From: Candidatus Altimarinota bacterium
Lineage (GTDB): Bacteria > Patescibacteriota > Gracilibacteria > JBDHUY01
Reading direction: 5' to 3'
Assembly: GCA_039809385.1 (NCBI GenBank)
Contig: JBDHUY010000010.1
Coordinates: 8,995 to 72,994 of the forward strand
Length of the DNA: 64,000 bases
Made by a program: the position numbers and the translations under genes. Positions within the stretch are counted from its first letter, which is position 1. Each line of letters starts with the position of its first letter. Positions 9,462-19,261 of this stretch are shown in pieces. The notes under the pieces are model-generated. The model was not told where the DNA came from. It was given only the letters and a program-made list of their open reading frames with translations, and did not search any database.

Positions 9462-10808
9462 CTAAGGGACGACATTTGTACCCTCAACCAGTAATTTTTT
9501 CGTAATATTTTTACTCAGTTCCACTCCCGGTTGGTCGAACGCGTCGATGTCATAGAGTTCGCCGAGAAAAGCGGTAGCTCCCTCAAACAGCATGAAGAGC
9601 TCTCCCAGCACAAACGGCGAAACTTCGGGGATTTTGATCGTGATGTTCGGGCGGTCGTTTTGGGTCAGGGCTCCTTCAGTACCGGCTTTTTCAATATTGA
9701 GGAGTTCATTAAACGAGGTGTTTTTCAGATATGCCACACTTTCGTCATCAGACAAATACGGGATTTTTAACGGTTCTCCCAGATTTGCTACTTCGATAAA
9801 CAGAAAGAACTTGTCGTTGGGCCCCTCATTATAGAGTTGCAGCTGGGAGTGCTGGTCAGTGGCACCGAGTGCATTCACAGGAGTTAATCCGACGTGCACG
9901 ACTTCGCTCTTGCGGTTCATCTTTTTGCCGATGCTCTCGGCCAATAACTGGCGGTACCAGTCGGCGAATCGGATCAGTTTTTGAGAATAGGGGATCAGTA
10001 CATTGATTGATTTTCCTTTTTTAGACAACAAATACTGCATGACAGCCAGCTGATAGGGGAGGTTTTCAGAAAAACTTTCCGACAAAAAACGGTCGCGCAT
10101 ACTACGTGCGCCTTCTAAAAGCTTTTCAATATCAATTCCAATCAGCGCAGCTGGGAGCAGTCCGACGCTGGTGAGTACCGAAAACCGTCCTCCCACAGTA
10201 GCAGGCACGTCAAAGGCAGCGATTCCTTTTTCGCGCGAAATCTTGCGTAATAGTCCTTTTTCCGGATCGGTGACAAACACAAAGTAGTTTTTAGAATCCA
10301 GGCCTTTTTGTTTGTAACGATCTTCAAAATAGAAATACTGAGAAAGTGTTTCAGGCGTGCCGCCGGATTTTGTAACGACGAGAAAGAGCGTCTTTTCATA
10401 ATCGATTACATCCTCTATCTCGCGCATCAAGGCGGGATCGATATTATCCAGGACGTGGAGGCGGGGCCATTCGGTCTTTTTTAATTCATGTTCAAACAGA
10501 TGCTTCAGGCTTTGCTGTAGACATATAGTGCCAAGAGAAGACCCGCCGATTCCGAGAACGATGATATCGTTAAATTTCCCCTTTGTCTGGAGATAAAATT
10601 CATGAATTCTGTTTACAGCGGTAACGTCGTCGATGACCTTGTAAAAGTCTTGATCGAGCTGTAAAAAATTATCGAGATATACTTTTAGACCATTCGCATA
10701 TTGTTCCATCTCGCTTGTGCTCAAACCGTGCTCTGGGATGACTTTTTCCAGATTTGTCGTGTCTAGTGTGATCATGGTACTTCTGTTATTGCGAGTTATG
10801 GATAACAT
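9462..10808 (-). CDS. pgi: Glucose-6-phosphate isomerase
   Basis: LGIGGSSLG, TKSGGTPET, VGGRFSVLT, ESIGK, DQHSQLQLY, FDQPGVELSK; the true start may be the ATG at 10775. Confidence 0.96.
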   Translation of the reverse strand: MLSITRNNRSTMITLDTTNLEKVIPEHGLSTSEMEQYANGLKVYLDNFLQLDQDFYKVIDDVTAVNRIHEFYLQTKGKFNDIIVLGIGGSSLGTICLQQSLKHLFEHELKKTEWPRLHVLDNIDPALMREIEDVIDYEKTLFLVVTKSGGTPETLSQYFYFEDRYKQKGLDSKNYFVFVTDPEKGLLRKISREKGIAAFDVPATVGGRFSVLTSVGLLPAALIGIDIEKLLEGARSMRDRFLSESFSENLPYQLAVMQYLLSKKGKSINVLIPYSQKLIRFADWYRQLLAESIGKKMNRKSEVVHVGLTPVNALGATDQHSQLQLYNEGPNDKFFLFIEVANLGEPLKIPYLSDDESVAYLKNTSFNELLNIEKAGTEGALTQNDRPNITIKIPEVSPFVLGELFMLFEGATAFLGELYDIDAFDQPGVELSKNITKKLLVEGTNVVP

Positions 10809-10863
10809 CAGCGTGTAGTATAAAAGATGCAGCCTCTCCAGAGCAATATGAAAAATTTATCCA

Positions 10864-10952
10864 CAAAAATAGCTCACCCAGCGGGCAAACCATTTTTGTT
10901 GACAGCGGGAGTGTTTGAACCGTCTGCTAACACTGAACACTCGTCTTTACAG
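10864..10952 (-). ncRNA. Candidate small structured RNA (pseudoknot plus terminator), family unknown
   Basis: TATAAT (10962-10957) upstream; GAGTGTT/AACACTC pairing crosses a GTTAGCAG-CGG/CCG-CTGTCAAC stem; ends in a G-U-rich hairpin plus T5. Confidence 0.45.
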
Positions 10953-11026
10953 GCAAATTATAGTAGACTCTTCTCATAAAAGTAAATTTTTAATCTAAGG
11001 TATGTTTCTATTAAATTAAAAACTCT

Positions 11027-11605
11027 CTATTGCATCTTTACTTGTGTCATTGTATCTCCTGCCCGGATCTTTTCTACCACATCCATGCCTTCCACTACAT
11101 AGCCAAAAACGGCATATTCGCGGTCCAAAAACGGGGTTTCTTTTAGCGTAATATAAAATTGCGAGGAAGCGCTGTTGGGATCGGGGGTGCGGGCCATCGC
11201 TACGGCGCCTTTGGTATGTTTCAGCAGCGGCTCGCACGAACGGGGAGCCGTTTTTCCGACATATTTGCTGCCGTCGGTACAATAGATTTCCATCTGGATT
11301 TCGTCCTTGCTGCCGCCCGAACCGTCGCCGTTCGGATCGCCGCCCTGAATGACGAAACCGGGATCATAGCGGTGAAATGTTAGACGATCGTAGAATTGTT
11401 CTCCGACGAGCTTTTTAAAATTTGCTACGGTCAGGGGTGCCTCTTTTTCACGAAGCTCGATTTTTATAGTTCCTTTGGAAGTTTCAATAACAGCGATGTT
11501 GGTCATGGTTTTGGAAGGAGGAGTAAGAGTGGAATTAGAAGTAGTTGAAGGGGTGCAACTTGCCAGGACAAGAAGTATCCCCGGTAACAGTATCCATTTT
11601 TTCAT
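11027..11605 (-). CDS. Cyclophilin-type peptidyl-prolyl isomerase, lipoprotein
   Basis: Lipobox LASC; [44 protein letters not shown]. Confidence 0.95.
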   Translation of the reverse strand: MKKWILLPGILLVLASCTPSTTSNSTLTPPSKTMTNIAVIETSKGTIKIELREKEAPLTVANFKKLVGEQFYDRLTFHRYDPGFVIQGGDPNGDGSGGSKDEIQMEIYCTDGSKYVGKTAPRSCEPLLKHTKGAVAMARTPDPNSASSQFYITLKETPFLDREYAVFGYVVEGMDVVEKIRAGDTMTQVKMQ

Positions 11606-11908
11606 GATTTGCCAAGAGCCGTGAAGAATAAAGTATGATCTTTGTAGCAAATCGAGGTAAAAAACTCAACGTAAATATCCTTGGCAATATCTCAGAATTC
11701 TTTTTTTGAAAGAGGAATCCTTATTTTTATCAGGACAAGTTTGAGCAATGAGATTTAAACGTCTATGCGATATGACCAGACAGCTTCAATTTTGGCGTTG
11801 ATGTGGTCTTTCCGTACCGTGACTATTATCACTTGGTACTCTTTCTCTTTTTTGCTAGTATACTCTACGTTCAGTAAAAAAATATTTTCTAAATATATCC
11901 AATACTCT

Positions 11909-12859
11909 ATGGTTTCCAAAGATCTGGTAATCATCGGTTCGGGCGGGGCCGGGATTTCGGCGTCCATTTACGCGCTGCGCTATCGAATGGATCATGTCAT
12001 TATCGGCGAATTGCCGGGAGGAACCCTCACTACGGCCAATCTGGTCGAAAATTATCCCGGTTACAAATCCATTCTGGGACCGGATCTGGTGCAAAAATAT
12101 ATCGAACACCACGAATATCTGGGTGGCAAGATTACGATTGACCGGGTTTCTACCATCGAACGAGAAGGGGATGATTTTTTAGTGACCACCGGCGCCGAGG
12201 TCTACAAAACCAAAACCGTTATCTATACCCTGGGAAGCAGCCACAAACATCTGGGAGCGCCCGGAGAAGAATTGTTTGAAGGCAAAGGTGTTTCGTATTG
12301 CGCCACCTGCGACGGTTACTTTTTCCGCGACAAGACCATCGCTATTGTCGGGGGAGGGGACAGTGCTGCCACCGGAGCTTTGGTACTGGCAAATCTGGCT
12401 AAAAAAACGTATATGATCGTGCGCAAGAATTATCTGAAAGCCGAACCGATCTGGGTCGAGCAGCTGACCGCCAATCCGAACGTCACGATCATCTACGAAA
12501 CCAACGTCACCGAGATCAAGGGAACCAATAAAGTTGAAGAAATTATTCTGGATAAACCCTATGAGGGATCAAACAGTCTGAAACTTGATGGGGTATTTAT
12601 CGAAATCGGGTTGAACCCGAATTCTCAGTTGGCGCAAACGGTCGGAGTGCAAGTGGATGAAGGCGGTTATGTGAAAGTCGGTGAGGACATGACTACGAAC
12701 ATTCCCGGCTTCTACGCTGCCGGCGACGTGACTACCGGCTCAGCCAGGTTTATGCAATTGGTGACCGCTTCGTCGGAAGGGGTTATCGCAACCTATAGCG
12801 CGTATAAGTACCTTAATAGCAAAGGAGCCTTGAAGCATGAGACGAGTCCTATGAGCTAA
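11909..12859 (+). CDS. trxB: Thioredoxin-disulfide reductase
   Basis: IIGSGGAG, GVSYCATCDG redox motif, VGGGDSA, FYAAGD; ATG at 11909. Confidence 0.92.
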   Translation: MVSKDLVIIGSGGAGISASIYALRYRMDHVIIGELPGGTLTTANLVENYPGYKSILGPDLVQKYIEHHEYLGGKITIDRVSTIEREGDDFLVTTGAEVYKTKTVIYTLGSSHKHLGAPGEELFEGKGVSYCATCDGYFFRDKTIAIVGGGDSAATGALVLANLAKKTYMIVRKNYLKAEPIWVEQLTANPNVTIIYETNVTEIKGTNKVEEIILDKPYEGSNSLKLDGVFIEIGLNPNSQLAQTVGVQVDEGGYVKVGEDMTTNIPGFYAAGDVTTGSARFMQLVTASSEGVIATYSAYKYLNSKGALKHETSPMS

Positions 12860-13068
12860 GTGTTCAATGCAATAGTATTGGCGAATAGGAGCAGGTCGCT
12901 GACTTTGCTCTTGTTCTATGTCGGGGAAGATTTAAGGGTTTATCAGCAGATAAAAGCTAGGGCACATGGGGACACCCATCTGCCTCCTTCCACAAAATGG
13001 ATGACTTTTTCTGTCGATTTATATAAGATGGTTGGGAACGTTCTTTATCCCAATTGCACTTCTTCCTT

Positions 13069-13530
13069 ATGTTTGTCCGCGATTGCATGACTCGTAAATT
13101 CATTACGATCCCTTTCCAGGCTACCATTCGGGAGGCCGCACTGATTTTGTTTAACAATCATATTTCTGGTGCGCCGGTAGTAGACAGCGCCGGGAAGTTG
13201 ATCGGTCTGGTTTCCGAAAAAGGAATTTTTCGAAAGCTCTATCCCAGCTATAACGATTTTAGTGAAGATGAGCCGTCTTTCTGGACATTTGAACGGATCG
13301 AATCGCGCGCTCACGACGTAGCTGCCATGAAAGTAACCGAAGCGATGACTCCGCACGTGCTATGTGTCCATCCCGATTTTCCCTTGGCTAAAGCCGGGGG
13401 GCTTCTATTGGCTCAGAGTGTACATCGCCTGATCGTCACGGACAATGGACGCGAGGACGGCCAAATCGTGGGGGTAATCACCCGTAAGGATGTGTACCGC
13501 AGCTTGTTTGAGAAAGAATTTGAAAAGTAA
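13069..13530 (+). CDS. CBS-domain pair protein
   Basis: VRDCMT, ISGAPVVD, LIGLVSE, VTEAMT, VGVITRKD. Confidence 0.9.
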   Translation: MFVRDCMTRKFITIPFQATIREAALILFNNHISGAPVVDSAGKLIGLVSEKGIFRKLYPSYNDFSEDEPSFWTFERIESRAHDVAAMKVTEAMTPHVLCVHPDFPLAKAGGLLLAQSVHRLIVTDNGREDGQIVGVITRKDVYRSLFEKEFEK

Positions 13531-13585
13531 TAGCTCTTTCTTGTAGCCAGTAATAAACTTCCAGGTTATCTATGGCGCAAATGGG

Positions 13586-13730
13586 AATATCTAACTGTTA
13601 AATCCAAAGTTCAATCCGTCGCGGCGGACCAATTGTCAAATCAAGTTCAAATGTAAAAAAATAACTACGAGTCTGGTTGAACTTTGATATTGGGATTTCT
13701 TTTGGTATTTGGATTTTGATATTTGTCATT
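13586..13730. repeat. 7-nt-period inverted-repeat element, copy A (degenerate)
   Basis: caaagttcaa (13605-14) / ttgaactttg (13677-86); right arm of tttgatat/tttggat units ending atttgtcatt as in copy B; contains a tccgtcgcggcgga palindrome. Confidence 0.6.
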
Positions 13731-13768
13731 CTTGTACCCACTATTTTCTCTTTTTCAAAGTACTATCT

Positions 13769-15010
13769 ATGAACTCGGTTCTTGATTCCTATTTCGATGA
13801 AACTACCATGAGTGTGCACTTCAAGCCCGGAGTGCCGGTATTTCAAAAAAAAGGCTTGCCGGGACAATGGGAAAAAGCCGTGGCCGCCAAAAAGAACCTG
13901 AGCGTTGCCGCAGCCGAAGAACTGGTGCAGAAACTTCTCACCGAAGCAGAACAGCTGCCAGACAGTTTTATCGAGATAGACAAACGTTTTAGCAAAGTGC
14001 TACAGGTCGGTCATTATCGGATCGTGATCGTACTCCCGCCCCTTTCCGATACGATTGAAATTACAGTCGCCCGTCCGCTCAAAAAACTGGGTATGTCCGA
14101 TTACCGCATTTCGGAACGTCTAATTACGCGTCTCAAGCATTCTTCCGAAGGTGTCCTGATCGCGGGTCGTCCCGGTCAGGGAAAGAGCACCTTTGCCCAG
14201 GCCTTGATCGAGCTTTATGCGGAGGAGCAGAAGATTATAAAAACGGTAGAAGCGCCGCGGGATTTACAGGTGCCGGACGACGTTACTCAGTATTCGCTGT
14301 TTCATTCCACGCTAACGGAGATTCACGATATTTTGCTACTGTCGCGTCCCGATTACACTTTTTTTGACGAGGTTAGAAACCGTGAAGATTTCGAACTATT
14401 CAAAGATCTGCGTCTGACCGGTATCGGCATGGTCGGGGTAATTCACGGGGCTAAGCCGATCGATGCTATTCAGCGATTTGTCGGAAAAATAGAATTGGGT
14501 ATGATTCCGGAGGTCGTGGATACGCTTATTTTTATCGAAGCCGGTAAGATTTATAAAGTCTACGAACTGGCTTTGACCGTAAAAGTTCCCCACGGCATGC
14601 AGGAACAGGACCTGGCCCGGCCGGTAGTGGTGATCCGCGATTTCGAAACGCAGGAGACCGAGTACGAGATCTATACGTTTGGCAGTGAAACGGTGGTATT
14701 GCCTCTGCTTGGAAATTCGCAGAAAACGTTTCGATCGTCCGAGCCGCGGTCCTTCAAGCGAGCTTCCCGTTCGGTCGATGTATCTTCGTACGGTGCTGAA
14801 ATTTTCCCACGTATGTTTCGGGATAAGAAAGGTGTACGGTTCCTGTTTGATACGGATGTCTCGGATGCAATTCTGTTGTTTGAGGATGGTCATACCTTTT
14901 CTCTGTCACCCAATCGGCGGGGATACGTCAAAATCGGCAAGCAGGGCAAGCTTCCCGACCTCTTGCGCAAACAATCATTTCGAGTTTTCCGAGCAGTAGA
15001 GGTCGAATAG
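13769..15010 (+). CDS. PINA/MJ1533-type secretion-family ATPase lacking the N-terminal PIN domain
   Basis: LIAGRPGQGKST, KTVEAPRDL, RPDYTFFDEVR, GVIHGAKPIDAIQRF, VKVPHGM...DLARPV, EYEIYTFG. Confidence 0.8.
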   Translation: MNSVLDSYFDETTMSVHFKPGVPVFQKKGLPGQWEKAVAAKKNLSVAAAEELVQKLLTEAEQLPDSFIEIDKRFSKVLQVGHYRIVIVLPPLSDTIEITVARPLKKLGMSDYRISERLITRLKHSSEGVLIAGRPGQGKSTFAQALIELYAEEQKIIKTVEAPRDLQVPDDVTQYSLFHSTLTEIHDILLLSRPDYTFFDEVRNREDFELFKDLRLTGIGMVGVIHGAKPIDAIQRFVGKIELGMIPEVVDTLIFIEAGKIYKVYELALTVKVPHGMQEQDLARPVVVIRDFETQETEYEIYTFGSETVVLPLLGNSQKTFRSSEPRSFKRASRSVDVSSYGAEIFPRMFRDKKGVRFLFDTDVSDAILLFEDGHTFSLSPNRRGYVKIGKQGKLPDLLRKQSFRVFRAVEVE

Positions 15011-15817
15011 ATACAAGGCCCAGCGTTCCAGGCGTAGAACTTCCTGCTGGAGTTCCAGAATTTCATGGTTCCAGTCATAGTACTCTTTGAGAAATCCGGT
15101 CGGATCGTTATTGGCTGAATCCTTTTTAAACGTATGTCCGAAGAAGTCATAGTAGATGCTTCTGGCCATTTCGATACTGATTGCTGGAATTAATGGATTT
15201 TCGGGATCTCGTCTTCGTATCATCCTATAGGCGTCCAGGAATTTATTAATTTTCAGATATTCGGTGTTCGAGGCACCCATATTATCCGGTTCATCCTGGG
15301 TTTTTGAAAAATCAAGTTCAGATATGCATCTCAATATATCTTTTTCTAAAGCATGAACCATGATCTGCATTTCTGCTCGCTGCGTCATTGCCTGCTCTTT
15401 CAGTTGCGTAAATTGTAAAAACGTCTGGCATCGGCTTGCTATCGCGGGGTGTTTCACCAACCTTGAAATATTAGTGTAAAATGAATCCACACAATGATCC
15501 AGCATGGAAAACTTCTCATCATAAAGCTTCCGTGCTTCTATCTGCATCTGTAACGTTTGATCCAGAATCTGTTTAATCATCTCAAATAGTGGAAAAATTT
15601 CCTCGACGAACACAGCTTTACGAATAGCTCGTACTTTTGATCCTGATGTTTTCTCACTGGATCGATCCCACCGCTCTTTTATTCTGTCTATCTGGGAACG
15701 CAGATCCTGAATATGGTATTGAAATTTTAAAATCTCTTTTGGTGGAGTCCCGGGTTGTGATACAGGAACTACATTGGCATAGGTCGACTCTTCTTCTAGA
15801 CGGTGGGTTTGCTCCAT
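14975..15817 (-). CDS. Hypothetical helical/coiled-coil protein
   Basis: ORF directly after the helicase stop; ATG at 15817 (MEQTHR). Confidence 0.7.
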   Translation of the reverse strand: MEQTHRLEEESTYANVVPVSQPGTPPKEILKFQYHIQDLRSQIDRIKERWDRSSEKTSGSKVRAIRKAVFVEEIFPLFEMIKQILDQTLQMQIEARKLYDEKFSMLDHCVDSFYTNISRLVKHPAIASRCQTFLQFTQLKEQAMTQRAEMQIMVHALEKDILRCISELDFSKTQDEPDNMGASNTEYLKINKFLDAYRMIRRRDPENPLIPAISIEMARSIYYDFFGHTFKKDSANNDPTGFLKEYYDWNHEILELQQEVLRLERWALYLFDLYCSENSK

Positions 15818-15824
15818 ATCAATT

Positions 15825-18800
15825 CTAAAATAAAGTATCTTTCCAGCAGATCTTGCGATAAGGGCACGTTTCGCAGTTGCGGATATCGGTGGTTTTGGGA
15901 AATTCAAGTTGTTGGATTTTGCCGTATACGTCTTTCAGGATTTTTTTAAATTCTTCGAACTCTTCACTCTTGTATTCGATCAGGGTTTGCCGGAAATTGG
16001 ATCCGTCTTTTTCTGGAAAAACGAAATCCAGTACTCCTCCTACCGGATCGAGCTGTAAATCCCGGTCCAGTTCCACCAGCAGTTTATAGAATAAAAGCTG
16101 GTAAAAATAACTTTTATCACCGCGGCTGGTTTCGGTCAAGCCTTTGATATCGTTTTCGGATCGTGGTCGTCCGGTTTTGTAATCGACAATATGTATCCGT
16201 AGGGGGGAATGGCCGTTCGCCTCTACGGGATCGGCTGGTTCAATCTTATCAATAACCCCGGTCAGCGGGATACCATCAAAATAGAGCGGGACGCGGTTAT
16301 AATTGCGCTCCAGATACAAAGGTTTTGTAAATTTCCCGGCATAAAAATCATAATAGGCGCTCAAAACGCGCTTACCTTCTTTGGCCGATTCGCTAAAATC
16401 CGCTTCGGTCATCAATTCTTTTTGCAATGCTTCTGCGTAGAAGGACAATAGCATTTCTTTGCCCGGTGTAGAGACGGAATGCATTCCGTCTCTACGGGAT
16501 GCATTTTCATAATTTTTTTTCAATTCTCCAAAGAACAGTTCCAGTGCCGCATGGACCGCCGTCCCGAATTGCTGCAATTTTTCTTTGCTGCGCGGGACTT
16601 TCAATATGTGGTCGTACTGAAACTGGCGCGGACAGCGTAAATAGGCGTTTAATCCGACTGGATTCATCCGGTAATTCTTGACCAGTTCTTTCAGGAATTC
16701 TGCTTCTTTATGATCTTTATCGTGTCTTTCAGGTTCGAACAACAGCTTGATGGCTTCATCCGAACGACGCTCAAACATATCGACTTCTTCTTTTCGTAAA
16801 AATCTCTCATCGATCTCCCCGATAAACTGTGAGGGGATGGCGTTTTTCTTATCCAGCAGCGGATAGTTGTGAGCAAAACTGATCGAAATCTTGCGTTTGG
16901 CCCGCGTGAGAGCCACATAGAATAACCGTCGTTCGTCTTCGTTCACGGGGATCTCGTTCAGTTTTTGCTGGGTGAGCACATTGGGGGCGAGCGTTAACGG
17001 CTTACTTTTCTTCGGGTTGCCCCATTTCCCGTCGATACATTTGACCACAAATACATATTCGAATTCCAATCCTTTGGATTTATGCGCCGTCATCAGCCGG
17101 ACGCCCTGTTCCAGGCCTTCCATAGCGGCTTCGGGGAGTCCGATGCCTTCGGAGGCCATCAACTCGATATCTTGTAGCAAAGCAGCGAGCGATAGTTTGT
17201 GATTTTTATAATTCTCGGATTTTAAAAAGTTAAACAAGGTGTTAAGGCGATGGATCGAGCGCAGGCTATTGGTATTGAGGAAGTGGTCGATGATACCGAA
17301 CTCTCGCAGCATTTTCTCTACCAATTCGACCAGTATGACGTTGTGGCTTTCTTTCTGAAAAAAAAGAATTTTGCCGGCGATCTCTTCGATTTTTCTGGCC
17401 TCCTGAATGCCGTTTTCCGCCAGTTTCTTCTGATCCATGAGAATATCGATCATCTTTTTCTCGCCGCTTTTATGGTTATAGGTCGAGCGCGATATTTTCA
17501 TCAGATCGAGCGGGATCAGACCGAACGCTGCGTGGTGTAGTACTCGAAAAAGCAAATCCTGCTGGTCCGGATCGACTATGACCTGAAGCAGTTCGATGAC
17601 TCTCTGGATATCGTTATCGCGCAAAATATCAAACCCGCCCTCGATGTTCCAGGGAATATTTTTACGGGTAAAGGTATTGATAATATCGACGACATCCTGA
17701 TTATTGCGATAAATAATGGCTATTTCGTTGGCCGCGATTCCCTCTTCAATCAATTCCTGAATACGCGTGGCCAGGTAATAGTTTTCGATCTCGCCGCTGG
17801 AGAATTCCAGGAGGGAGAGTTTTGCATCTTCGCTCGTTATTTCTTGTGTTCCATTGTCGTTCGTGGCTTTGGTGGACATACCCCGTCCCGCCACAGACGG
17901 GACACCCCTCTCAAGAGGGGATTTTTCTGTGCCTTCTGCTTTCTCCATACTTAATTCTTCGCCTATGCCTTTGACCATATTCCCCCCCTTACCCCCCTTT
18001 ATCAAGGGGGACAAGGCAGTTTCTTCTCTTGATTCTTGATTCTTAATTCTTGATTCTGTCTGTCGACTGTCGGCTGTTAGTTGTAAACTGTCAGCTGCCC
18101 TGAACTGCTTGTCTATGGCAAACCCATAGATCGGGTTGGTAATTCGATCTTCGTTTTTTTCAATCACGCTGCCGGCGGCATCGAGGATCGTTTGGGTGCT
18201 GCGATAATTGGTGCGTAATACCACGGTGCTGATGTTCTTGAACTTGTCATTTAAATACAACATATTTTCCAGAGAAGCACCTTGGAAACGGTAGATCGAC
18301 TGGTCGTCGTCGCCCACGACGAACAGGTTTGGATTGTCGAAATAGTTGGCCAGCTGGTAGACGACGAAATTTTGGGCGCCGTTGGTATCCTGATACTCGT
18401 CGATCAGAAAATGGAAGTAGCGTTCTTGCAGATCCAGACGCAGCTCTTCGTCGGTTTTCAGTTTTTGCACCACGAACATGATCATATCTTCGTAGTCGTA
18501 GCGGCCCAAAGTTTCCAGGCGTTCCTGATAGCTATGGTAGATCAGCGCCAGTTCTTTGTTCTTTTCGAGCTTCTTGATCTCTTTGCGGTATCGTTCCCCT
18601 TGGGATCCGTTTTTGTTTAACAGACAGGTATCGTTGCTAATAGCTTGCCCGTATTCTTCAACGATCCTATCGAAATCAGACGGCGCGATACCTTCTTTTT
18701 TCAGGTCTTTCAGGCAGTCGAGGATACTTCTGACATAGAAATAAGTTTCGCGAAACGAGCGCAATTCCGTTAACGGCAGTGTATCGATGATGTCGCGCAT

Positions 18801-19181
18801 CATTTTGAACCGTTCGATATCGGTCAGGTTGGTGAAATCGCGGGTGCGGTAGGAGAATTTTTCGGGAAATTCGAGGATGATATCGTTACAGAACGAATGA
18901 AAGGTCTGAATATTGACGTAATAGCCGGTCGTGCCGATGAGTTCGATCAGCCGCTCCTTCATCGCCGCCACGCCGCTTTCGGTAAATGTCAGGGCTAGAA
19001 TGTTCTGCGGCTTTATCTCTTCATTCAATAAAATATAGGCGATCCGCATGGCCAAGATCTGTGTCTTACCGGTACCCGGCCCGGCCACCACCAACACGGG
19101 GCCGTCAAATGTGGTCACGGCGGCTCTTTGTTCGGGGTTTAAACGCGCGAAGGCTTTGTCGAAAGCAGGGGAAGATTTCAT
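15825..19181 (-). CDS. UvrD/PcrA-type SF1 helicase fused to a C-terminal PD-(D/E)XK nuclease with Fe-S cysteines
   Basis: VAGPGTGKT, IDEYQD, VGDDDQSIYRFQGA, TAHKSKGLEF, YVALTRA; YLRCP ... GVIDKI ... IVDYKTG ... CETCPYRKIC. Confidence 0.93.
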   Translation of the reverse strand: MKSSPAFDKAFARLNPEQRAAVTTFDGPVLVVAGPGTGKTQILAMRIAYILLNEEIKPQNILALTFTESGVAAMKERLIELIGTTGYYVNIQTFHSFCNDIILEFPEKFSYRTRDFTNLTDIERFKMMRDIIDTLPLTELRSFRETYFYVRSILDCLKDLKKEGIAPSDFDRIVEEYGQAISNDTCLLNKNGSQGERYRKEIKKLEKNKELALIYHSYQERLETLGRYDYEDMIMFVVQKLKTDEELRLDLQERYFHFLIDEYQDTNGAQNFVVYQLANYFDNPNLFVVGDDDQSIYRFQGASLENMLYLNDKFKNISTVVLRTNYRSTQTILDAAGSVIEKNEDRITNPIYGFAIDKQFRAADSLQLTADSRQTESRIKNQESREETALSPLIKGGKGGNMVKGIGEELSMEKAEGTEKSPLERGVPSVAGRGMSTKATNDNGTQEITSEDAKLSLLEFSSGEIENYYLATRIQELIEEGIAANEIAIIYRNNQDVVDIINTFTRKNIPWNIEGGFDILRDNDIQRVIELLQVIVDPDQQDLLFRVLHHAAFGLIPLDLMKISRSTYNHKSGEKKMIDILMDQKKLAENGIQEARKIEEIAGKILFFQKESHNVILVELVEKMLREFGIIDHFLNTNSLRSIHRLNTLFNFLKSENYKNHKLSLAALLQDIELMASEGIGLPEAAMEGLEQGVRLMTAHKSKGLEFEYVFVVKCIDGKWGNPKKSKPLTLAPNVLTQQKLNEIPVNEDERRLFYVALTRAKRKISISFAHNYPLLDKKNAIPSQFIGEIDERFLRKEEVDMFERRSDEAIKLLFEPERHDKDHKEAEFLKELVKNYRMNPVGLNAYLRCPRQFQYDHILKVPRSKEKLQQFGTAVHAALELFFGELKKNYENASRRDGMHSVSTPGKEMLLSFYAEALQKELMTEADFSESAKEGKRVLSAYYDFYAGKFTKPLYLERNYNRVPLYFDGIPLTGVIDKIEPADPVEANGHSPLRIHIVDYKTGRPRSENDIKGLTETSRGDKSYFYQLLFYKLLVELDRDLQLDPVGGVLDFVFPEKDGSNFRQTLIEYKSEEFEEFKKILKDVYGKIQQLEFPKTTDIRNCETCPYRKICWKDTLF
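16468..16495. repeat. GTAG-type perfect 28-bp palindrome inside the helicase-nuclease CDS
   Basis: gtagagacggaatg|cattccgtctctac; read in-frame as RRDGMHSVST. Confidence 0.85.
17822..18098. repeat. Composite in-frame repeat insertion in the helicase
   Basis: gtcccg..cgggac, cccctct..agagggg and ccccctt..aaggggg hairpins plus (tcttgat)n and (ctgtcnn)n 7-nt tracts. Confidence 0.75.
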
Positions 19182-19226
19182 GAATTTCTAAAATGTTGTT
19201 AAGCTCCAGCAACAGGGCCGTGCTGT

Positions 19227-19255
19227 TTGATATTTACGTAAAAGTTTATTATCAT
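19227..19255 (+). promoter_or_regulatory. Sigma70-like promoter with no downstream ORF
   Basis: TTGATA (19227-32), 17-nt spacer, TATCAT (19250-55). Confidence 0.6.
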
Positions 19256-19261
19256 GATGTC

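Noticed and set aside
12882-12915. Long hairpin after trxB as an ncRNA
   Set aside because: Its position just after the stop codon fits a terminator or mRNA-stabilising stem; there is no independent promoter evidence.
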